DNA of 64,000 nucleotides, from assembly GCA_951406725.2 (NCBI GenBank), contig OX597819.1, positions 127,162,001 to 127,226,000 of the forward strand, written 5' to 3'. The notes under the pieces were generated by a model. That model worked only from the letters and a program-made list of their open reading frames with translations, was not told where the DNA came from and searched no databases. This DNA is from Octopus vulgaris (Eukaryota). The translations under genes were made by a program, and so were the position numbers. Shown here piece after piece: positions 54,330 through 64,000 of the stretch. Each line of letters starts with the position of its first letter. Position 1 is the first letter of the stretch.

Positions 54330-54760
54330 ATACATACAAGCATATGTAATGATAATAATAGGTGGATGTAAACACATGAACAAAATTAGAACAAAAGCAA
54401 CAACAACAAAAACAAAATACAAATTACAAGAATGTATATAACCAGAAGATACAAATATTACAAGCATCCCCCTCACACACACACTAAATAAACATAGACG
54501 CACATAGAGATATAAGCATGCGCAAATGAAGACATACAATAGAAATACAAAATGGCTGACGGTTAGTAAGGAGAGACACAAGTAAGTGAGAAGAAAACAA
54601 AGGACCACTGATGTGGTCACAGGAGTGTGACGAAAGAACTTTGGCCGAAATAAGATTAAGATTAATGTAAAAAATAAATATCACTGAAGCAAAATAACAC
54701 CAAATATATAGTGCGTGTGTTTTTATTGGCTAAACTGGCAATATGACCATTCCGAAATAT

Positions 54761-54770
<10 letters not shown>
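54330..54770 (+). mobile_element. Pseudo-LTR/3' region of the second PLE
   Basis: Follows the ORF after a microsatellite. Contains a GTAAGT donor (54582) and a hammerhead-like motif; its last 80 bp recur in inverse orientation at 23884-23956. Confidence 0.65.
54602..54646 (+). ncRNA. Degenerate minimal hammerhead (A9U)
   Basis: CCA-CTGATGT-G-GTCAC-aggagt-GTGAC-GAAA-gaac-TT-TGG. Confidence 0.6.
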
Positions 54771-54819
<49 letters not shown>

Positions 54820-55164
54820 GGTCATTCAACAGAAGATTCTCCAAGGCAGTGCCCCAGCATGGCCGCAGTCTAATGACTGAAAGAAGTAAAAGAGATCGGG
54901 GTGATACATTTTCTCTCAGACAAGAAGCACAAGATTACACCTGTTAACGGTGTATATAAGTTAAGCTTGATATATAGATAACTATTTTAATCTAATGCTG
55001 TTTCATTTGCGTATACTAAGGATCGAATAGAAGAGGTTCGTACATTATTTGTTCAGTAGTGGAGGAAATATTTCCCTCGCAATTTTAGAGAAAATTGTAG
55101 TATTAGTAGCAGAAACAGAATGAAGGATTACTGTGTATATGGCCTAGTGGTTATAGCATGGTAG

Positions 55165-55558
55165 AACAGTTAGCACATCGGGCGAAATGCTTAGCCGTAT
55201 TTCGTCTGCCGTTACGTTCTGAGTTCATATTCCGCCGAGGTCGACTTTGCCTTTCATCCTTTCGGGGTCGATTAAATAAGAACCAGTTACGCACTGGGGT
55301 CGATATAATCGACTTAATCCGTTTGTTTGTCCTCTCTGTGTTTAGCCCCTTGTGGGTAGTAAAAAAATAGGTATTTCGTCTGTCGTTACGTTCTGAGTTC
55401 AAATTCCGCCGAGGTCAACTTTGCCTTTCATCCTTTCGGGGTCGATTAAATAAGTACCAGTTACGCACTGGGGGGTCGATGTAATCGGCTTAATCCGTTT
55501 GTCTGTCCTTGTTTGTCCTCTCTGTGATTAGCCCCTTGTGGGTAGTAAAGAAATAGGC
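55165..55558 (+). mobile_element. SINE family A, two body units
   Basis: TSD TATAGCATGGTAG. Confidence 0.9.
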
Positions 55559-56077
55559 TATAGCATGGTAGTGAGTATTTGAACATCTTTTAGTGGGGGG
55601 TTACGGTGTTCGTATCAGAAGCAACATCTCATCAGGTAGCTCGCAGTGTTCCAATGTGGATCGCACTTAAACTTTGTAGAGGTTCAACAACTGAACAGGG
55701 TTAAATTATTTTCTTTTACGGTTTTAATGCTCTTTTACTAAGAGATAGCTGTTACCCTTTATTTGCCTAGTAACCGCTGATATTTTCTTAAGGCTTCATT
55801 TGTTATTTCTAGAGGTTTGTGGGCGTTGTTGTTGTTATACCTTTCGGTTATTGTTGTTGTTTCTGCTGTTGATGCTGCTTTCGATGGTGATGGGCTTAAT
55901 GATGATGTTAATGTCCTTGTTGTGTTTTTTATTTTTGTTGATTTAGCTGGCATTAAGCGGGAATAGAAAGTTTCTATCCGTGGTAGATTGAGTCCACGGA
56001 TTATTTGACGATTATCTTACTGTTCCTGCCTTTACTGTTGTTGCTCTTTTAAGGCTGCTGCTACAACTACCACCACT

Positions 56078-56912
56078 GAAGAAGAAGAAGAAGAAGAAGA
56101 AGAAGAAGAAGAAGAAGAAGAAGAAGAAGAAGAAGAAGAAGAAGAAGAAGAAGAAGGGGAAGAAGAAGAAGAAGGAGAAGAAGAAGAAGAAGGAGAAGAA
56201 GAAGAAGAAGAAGACGAAGAAGAAGAAGGAGAAGACGAAGAAGAAGACGAAGAAGAAGAAGAAGAAGAAGAAGAAGAAGAATACGAAGAAGAAGAAGAAG
56301 AAGAAGAAGGAGAAGAAGAAGAAGAAGGAGAAGACGAAGAAGAAGAAGGAGAAGACGAAGAAGAAGACGAAGAAGAAGAAGAAGAAGAAGACGAAGAAGA
56401 ATACGAAGAAGAAGAAGAAGAAGAAGAAGAAGAAGAAGAAGGAGAAGACGAAGAAGAAGAAGACGAAGAAGAAGAAGGAGAAGACGAAGAAGAAGACGAA
56501 GAAGAAGAAGAAGACGAAGAAGAAGAAGAAGAAGAAGAAGGAGAAGAAGGAGAAGACGAAGAAGAAGAAGACGAAGAAGAAGAAGGAGAAGACGAAGAAG
56601 AAGACGAAGAAGACGAAGAAGAAGAAGAAGAAGAAGAAGAAGAAGAAGAAGAAGAAGAAGAAGAAGAAGAAGAAGAAGAAGAAGAAGAAGAAGAAGAAGA
56701 CGAAGAAGAAGAAGAAGAAGGAGAAGACGAAGAAGAAGACGAAGAAGAAGAAGAAGAAGAAGACGAAGAAGAAGAAGAAGAAGAAGAAGAAGAAGACGAA
56801 GAAGAAGAAGAAGACGAAGAAGAAGAAGAAGAAGAACAACAACAACAACAGCAATAACAACAGCAGCAACAACAAAAACAACAACAACGACGACGACGAC
56901 GACGGCGGCGGC
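56078..56912. repeat. (GAA)n tract with GAC/GGA variants, grading into (CAA)/(CGA)/(CGG)
   Basis: Direct reading. Confidence 0.98.
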
Positions 56913-57387
56913 GTTAATAATAATACTGTTAATGACAAAAATATAAAGAAAACATACATAAAAGAATATAAAAAACCCTTACCTACACAGGAACACGAAC
57001 ACGTAAAAAAGTAACGAACAGAAAAATAAAGGAAAAGGCGAGAGATAAAAAAAAATGTCTGCAGAAAACTCGCGAAAGAGAAGAAACAGAAATATTTTAG
57101 GCCATAAAGCAAGTCCTAAAAGGAGAGAAAATACGAATCAAATGGTCTTAAAGAGATGCTAATATGAGCATCTCGGTAAGGTCAAGGAAATATGAACGAG
57201 TGTTGGACTGGATTTATAGCATGCTAATGTTTACACAAGCGTCTTTTCGTGTCGGAGGAGAAAGGAATATTATTGCTGTCGTTACTTCCTGTATTTAAGA
57301 CAACCAAACCATGGCACAGTGTTTTCATACGGGTAGTGGTGAACAAATAAGGCATAGATAGCAATCTTTATACGAATACACACACAC

Positions 57388-57459
<72 letters not shown>

Positions 57460-57463
<4 letters not shown>

Positions 57464-57676
57464 ACACGTACCCGTACAGACACAAACACTCATGCAGAAA
57501 CGGACACACGTACCCATTCACATACACATACATATACACACGTATACACACACACATACACACACACTCACACACACGTACCCGTACAGACACAAACACT
57601 TATGCAGAAACGGACACACTTACCCACTCACATACACATACATATACACACGTATACACACACACACACAGACACA

Positions 57677-57711
<35 letters not shown>

Positions 57712-57784
57712 ACCCGTACAGACACAAACACTTATGCAGAAACGGACACACTTACCCACTCACATACACATACATATACACACG

Positions 57785-57847
<63 letters not shown>

Positions 57848-57927
57848 ACGTACCCGTACAGACACAAACACTTATGCAGAAACGGACACACGTACCCATT
57901 CACATACACATACATATACACACGTAT

Positions 57928-57959
<32 letters not shown>

Positions 57960-58050
57960 ACGTACCCGTACAGACACAAACATTTATGCAGAAACGGACA
58001 CACGTACCCATTCGCATACACATACAAATACACTCGTATACACACATACA
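57460..58050. repeat. Minisatellite: five copies of an 80-bp core separated by variable (CA)n
   Basis: CGTACCCGTACAGACACAAACACTTATGCAGAAACGGACACAC.. repeated five times. Confidence 0.95.
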
Positions 58051-58522
58051 TACACATATATTTCATGCGGTGCAAGAAGAACAGCGGGATTCCAAACGAT
58101 AAAGCATCCGTTTCTTCTTAACAATGCGTTCTGGCAGATTCGAACGTGAATATTTTAACCGTTGTTGATTTTCGTTGACGAAGAACATCCTACGTCCATT
58201 CAACGATGTGTGCATGTAACAGAACGTGATTCCCCAGCGTAAGAGGATTTTGAGTATCATTAAGGCTGTGTAGCATTGACTGAGGATGGAGACTATGAGG
58301 TCGAAACACTGCAGTTAATCAGCGCGCGTCGCGTAAAGAAAGGAGGCGTTTCACCCCTCCCCGAAAGAAAAATCCCCCAAAAATAATAGATATCCACGTT
58401 CCAATCTTTCAGAACGTATTAGGAATATTAAATATGTCATTCTGTTTGTATGCGTGCGCGCGTGAGTGTTTATACACATACATACTTACATACAAACATA
58501 CACAGGCGTATACGTGTGTATA

Positions 58523-58642
<120 letters not shown>

Positions 58643-58657
58643 TGATTGATAGATAGG

Positions 58658-58737
<80 letters not shown>

Positions 58738-58769
58738 CAGACAGACTGATATATATATATATATACACT

Positions 58770-58945
58770 GGGAAAGTTTACGGAAAAAACAAAAGACGAA
58801 TACAGGTGGTGTACAAAACAAACACATGTATTAGTATAACGCTCAGGGATAGAAAAAGTCTTTTACGTTTCGAGCCTACGCTCTTCTACAGAAAGGGACA
58901 CAGAAAACAAGGAGAGAAAAAATGTGTGTAGTGGCTAACGGTCTA
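58770..58945 (-). mobile_element. Same 170-bp element, copy 3 (motif intact at 58858-58899)
   Basis: Reverse complement of 1445-1623. Confidence 0.75.
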
Positions 58946-59344
58946 CTTTCACGTATACGCCTTTGTTTGTATGTTTGTATGAAAGTATGTATGTGTATTT
59001 ATCTATATAAAAATTGGAAAATATTGACTATTTTTCTAAATGTATTAAATTCATTAGTTAATCGTAAACATTTGTGATGTTTCTATAACCTCATCGTGCA
59101 GAATAAAAGCGGGTTGACCGAACTATATAGTTTGAAGTGTCTTTCGACTCTCATCGATCACCACTTACTTTAGTCTTAACTGAAATCTATGAAATTGCAG
59201 TTAACTCTACTATTGTTAATAGTATAGCTAAATCGAGTTGACTTATTTCAATACATATTTGACATCATAAAAATAAATAACTGCCTCGGCAGTTCTCACT
59301 TTCGTCGATACACAGGTACAGACACACGCGTACACACACACACG

Positions 59345-59700
59345 CACACCGGGACTGAGATGTAATTGAAGACAATTCGACGACATATTTGGTTACTTAT
59401 ACAAATCTAATCTTGCAAAAACCAAATGTATTTTCATAAAAATTTGTGAACATTTTCGATAGGTTTTCTTATGAGATTATTTTATGAACATTACTTCAGC
59501 TTCGTTGATTACTTCAATGTGCCACTGACATAATATACATGATAGCAGTAAGTGGTCCATATTCATTTATCCCCTGGATAATGGCGGCCGTCAGTGAAGC
59601 CATGTTATTGAGAGAATGTCGATTGGTCTCCCTTTTAACAAAGCTCCAAACGTAGTAGTTCGTGGCATTTAAACCTGGCGTGTTTGGAGGTCATTACTAT
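59345..59700 (-). pseudogene. maT/Tc1-like transposase 3' remnant
   Basis: Minus-strand translation PPNTPGLNATNYYVWSFVKRETNRHSLNNMASLTAAI. Confidence 0.65.
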
Positions 59701-59865
59701 TTTGGAGTTATATGATCATAAAGAATGTCTAAGACCCATTCTTGCTTGCGTGGGTTTTACGAGAAGGTGGTGAACTTTGTGGAAACATGTATGGCTTTTC
59801 ATTGCGTATTTCATGTTTACAAGACTTAACACGTGTAACATCTAAACGTATCGAGCAATAGCATT

Positions 59866-59911
<46 letters not shown>

Positions 59912-59945
59912 AACTTGCTTGGAAATGGATGCGTGGCGTTTAATC

Positions 59946-60016
<71 letters not shown>

Positions 60017-60070
60017 TATATATATATACATATCTGTAAATGCAATATGTGACAATTATTCGGTAGCCAT

Positions 60071-60131
60071 GATAAAACTCCGAGTTTCGGATGCTCCGGT
60101 GGAAATCCACGCCGCCATCTCTTCAGTTATC
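60071..60131 (-). ncRNA. Minimal hammerhead with canonical CUGAAGA core
   Basis: Minus strand GATAA-CTGAAGA-GATG..(GTGGAtTTCCAC)..CATC-c-GAAA-CTCgGAG-TT-TTATC. Confidence 0.75.
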
Positions 60132-60304
60132 CGGTCATATAACTCGGAGTTTTATCATGGCTACCAAATAATTGTCCCATATTACATTTACAGATAAATT
60201 CCTCTATTTACATAATATCGAGGTCTCTTTCATTCTTTTGTTGTCTTCCCATTTTTATCAATATATATATAGGCATATATACATACATATATGTTCATAC
60301 TGAC

Positions 60305-60393
<89 letters not shown>

Positions 60394-60804
60394 TCAGTCC
60401 TTTGACTGTGGCTATGCTGGAGCACCACCTTGAAGTGCTGTTAGTCGAACATATTTTTTTAAATCCTAGTACTTATTTTATCACTATTTATTTTATAATT
60501 GCACGCCTTATAGTTTCTTACAATATGGTATACATAACTGAAGACCGAAAAAAGTGATTGTAAATCAAATTTATCTTTTTTTAAATTGATTTATTTAGTC
60601 TGTAAATTAGTCGTGGAACTAGTTTTGTATTGACCACCGTGACTAATAAAATAGACTCCTTTTGTTCCGCCCGCCTTACAGGATTTTCATACCAAAGAGA
60701 ATATCCGTTTGAATTTTTTCATCTTTCTTTTAAAAACAACGGCCATTCAACACGTTGGAGTTCGGCTTTAACTGCTCTTTCTCCTTCTCTTTGTCTTTAT
60801 ATAT

Positions 60805-60973
60805 AGCCTCTACGCACATTTTTTCTCTCCTTGTTTTTTCTGTGTCCCTTTCTGTAGAAGAGCGTAGGCTCGAAATGTTAAAGACTTTTTCTATTCCTGA
60901 GCGTTATACTAATACAACTGTTTGTTTTGTTTACCACCTGTCTTCGTCTTTCGTTTTTTCGTAAACTCTACCT
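60805..60973 (+). mobile_element. Same 170-bp element, copy 4
   Basis: Direct similarity to 1455-1623. Confidence 0.75.
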
Positions 60974-61230
60974 ATTTTATATTCGTGTGGCATGGTCCGT
61001 TTTTCTGTCCCTGTTTCGTATACATTCGATCCTTCTTCCAAGAAATCTAATGCTCGTAGCTTAGTTTTTTCCTTGGGGCTGGCCGGATCGGAGCGATCTC
61101 AAGATTAATCAGCCGAAATTGCTAGGATGATCCGGTTCTTGACTGAAGATTGAAGGCTTCGAGTGTCCCGTCCGTGTTTTTTGTATCGTCTTCTAAATGT
61201 TTTACGTTCTTGTCCCAGTTTGTATTTTTC

Positions 61231-61316
<86 letters not shown>

Positions 61317-61318
<2 letters not shown>

Positions 61319-61880
61319 GTTATCGCCATACTAATATGGCATTCTTATAAAAATAAGAATAAAGCTGTCCGCTTATTAGCTCCATGAGGCCATCGCCTTA
61401 AGTTAGCTATTTGATACACAAACTGTATCCATATAACCTTCGAACAAGGGAGGTCAGTCGCTCCACACTACTTGACCGGCAGCTACAGACGCGTTTCGGG
61501 GTATTGCCCCTTTTCAATGCAGCGTAGCCAGACCAGTAGGTGTCGCTTCTGACAATCTTTGTTCGAAGGTTTTATTTACCTAGCTTCGGTGGAATACATC
61601 CACTTGTTTTCAATAATAGAAATATTAAAATTACTAAGTCTCTCTAAAAGAGAACAACGGTCAAGTAGTGTGGAGCGACTGACCTCCCTTGTTCGAAGGT
61701 TATATGGATACAGTTTGTGTATCAAATAGCTAACTTAAGGCGATGGCCTCAAGGAGCTAATAAGCGGACAGCTTTATTCTTATTTTTATAAGAATGCCAT
61801 ATTAGTATGGCGATAACTATTATTTTCCGGAAACGATGCAGTTGTTCTCTTTTAGAGAGACTTAGTAATTTTAATATTTC

Positions 61881-61885
<5 letters not shown>
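61317..61885. repeat. Interleaved inverted repeats around a hammerhead
   Basis: 61317-61478 is inverted at 61658-61820; 61615-61658 is inverted at 61841-61885. Confidence 0.9.
61482..61523 (-). ncRNA. Minimal type I hammerhead ribozyme (U3-A8 variant, GUC site)
   Basis: Minus strand GCTGCA-TTGAAAA-GGGG-caata-CCCC-GAAA-CGCG-TC-TGTAGC; palindromic ACGCGT; stem I extends further (61436-61571). Confidence 0.85.
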
Positions 61886-61928
<43 letters not shown>

Positions 61929-62684
61929 TATTTATATATAATACTGTACACACACACATATATATGTATATAAATACTATATATAATACTATATATATGT
62001 ACATATAAATACATACATACATACATATATACCATATATATTTAAAACCAAATTCGTTTAAACCTGAGTATTTTATTGACATCTGTCTCGATTTTTTAAT
62101 CCCTTTTTTTCTAATATATATATATATATCTTTACATTATATGTATGTGTGTTGGTATGTATGCATGTGTATGTAGTCATGTATGCTTGTGTGTGTGTGT
62201 GTGTCTGTGTGTGTGTGTGTGTATGGTAACTCGATACACCAGAACATCCTAAGAGTCGTCATAGTTCCTTTAAGTGAGATCTTTATACGCTGAGAGTGCA
62301 TAACTATTTGTATGCCATAGCCACAATATCTTTGCGTTCTTGGAAATGTTGTCTTAATCCGTTCCACGTTTCATGGAAATCATTGAATATGTTCGTCAGC
62401 AAAATACATTACGCAAGGTTTTCTGGAACGTAGCGCTAGAAGAATTAACTGGGGTGGGGAATATGTGGAGTAGATAAACAAAAGAACTGATTCTCGAATA
62501 CATCCATACAAAGACTGTTTGTATGGTAGTTAGTTGCACGCCTTAGATGTAAAGAACGTTAAGCACAAGGTTGTATGAATATATCAGCATTTTTCTGCTT
62601 CAACATATGAAGAACCTCTTATTTGCTTGAATTTCTTTTACTAGAGTATCGATTTTTATATCAAAGTAATATCCTGTATTTATG

Positions 62685-63025
62685 AAGGCGCATGGCTCAG
62701 TGGTAAGAGTGCCGGGATCACAATCATGAGGTAGAGAGTTCGATTCCTTGACAGGGTTGTGTGCTGTGTTCTTGAGCAAGGCACTTTTAATTCTCGTTGC
62801 TCCAGTTCATTCAGCTGTAGAAATTAGTTGCAATGTTACTGGTGCCAAGCTGTATCGGCCTTTGCTTTTCCCTTGGATAACATCAGTGGTATGAAAAGGG
62901 GAGGCTGGTAAACATGGGCGACTGCTGGTCTTCCTTAAACAACCTTGCCCGGACTTGTGCCTCGGAGGGCAACTGTCTAGGTGCAATCCCATTGCCATTC
63001 ATTACCGAAGTGGGATCTTTACCTC
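62685..63025 (+). mobile_element. tRNA-derived SINE family D
   Basis: GGCGCATGGCTCAGTGGTAAGAG..GAGTTCGATTCC A and B boxes plus a non-tRNA body. Confidence 0.75.
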
Positions 63026-63738
63026 TTTTTTTTACCTTTTATCTTATATTTAACTTCTTGCTATTCATGACGGGGTCAGTTGGTCCTTAAAAATACAAAA
63101 ATAGAATTCAGATATAGAATAATGACAAGCTGTGTCACAACTGCTTGCATTGACCTAATAAGGTAGTGGAATGAGTTATAGTATTTAAAGGTGGTACCGT
63201 AATTCACGCATGCGCTTAATGGTATGAGTGTATCGTTTCTTTTTCCATGTACGGCAAATAAGAATCAAGTCATAACTGGGGAATAGAAAAAAATTTTAAA
63301 TGATGAATTGAGAATATAAATTAAGCCGAATTAGCAAAACGAATTAAAACATCGCCAAAACGTATCAAAATATATGGCAACGGTATCAAACTAAGGAAAT
63401 GACGAGTTGAGGATAATAGTTCAGAGTTTATACAGACGTACAGAACTCGGCAGACTTGCTACACAGAGAGAAACACGGGCGCGTGCGCTCGCATACACAT
63501 ATTGGGTGAACTAGTTGTCACTTTATTATTTTTATTCTTATATACTTTACTTGGACTGGGGCCATGATGGGGCATAGTATTCAAGGCTTAGTCGCACAAA
63601 TCAGACCCAGAACTTAGTTTTAAGTTAGGTACTATTCTATCTTACTCTTTCGCCGAACCGCGAAGTTACAGAGACGCAAATAACCAACATTGGTTGTCAA
63701 GCGATGGTAGGGACACATACATATATACATACATGTTT

Positions 63739-63769
<31 letters not shown>

Positions 63770-64000
63770 TCAATATGTATATATATATGAGCTTCCTCAG
63801 AGTTTCTGCCCACCATATTCACTCCCGAGGCATTGGTCAGCTCAGGTCTATATTGAATACTTATATAAACTATCCAACACTAGTAATGAACTCGAAACCA
63901 CGTGGTTGCGAAGCGAGTTTCTTAACCACATATCCAAATCTGCACATGTAGTTGTTTTGCCCCACTCAGCATCAACTCTGATTGAATATATTTTTGATCA

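Noticed and set aside
61080-61170. CCGAAA..CTGAAGA as a permuted hammerhead
   Set aside because: The three stems could not be paired convincingly.

Overview
This is AT-rich, microsatellite-dense animal DNA. The SINE and microsatellite repertoire resembles octopus/coleoid cephalopod (inference). No host gene exon could be supported, and nearly all ORFs in the track are translations of microsatellites. The real coding content is mobile DNA: (1) a near-intact Penelope-like element (PLE; RT, Cys linker, GIY-YIG) at about 47970-52530 with an extra upstream coiled-coil/low-complexity ORF1; (2) a second, 5'-truncated PLE of another lineage at about 52640-54770; (3) a 2.2-kb ORF1-only (CCHC gag-like) retroelement inserted into a SINE with a target-site duplication (TSD), 20087-22255; and (4) decayed Tc1/mariner, Tigger, gypsy, RTE, Helitron/Helentron and further PLE fragments, plus four SINE families. 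The main unannotated signals are three. First, the large PLE joins ORF1 to RT through a correctly phased UUUUUUA -1 slippery site that also reads as an in-frame splice acceptor. Second, its pseudo-LTR holds five ATTGG-N12-TGACGTC-type modules, a TATA box, an Inr, a mini-exon and a hammerhead downstream of the splice donor. Third, there are about 12 minimal type I hammerhead ribozyme motifs from about 8 sequence families, almost all with non-canonical cores (U3-A8, U4C, A6U). All folds and alignments were done by eye, and repeat boundaries are approximate.
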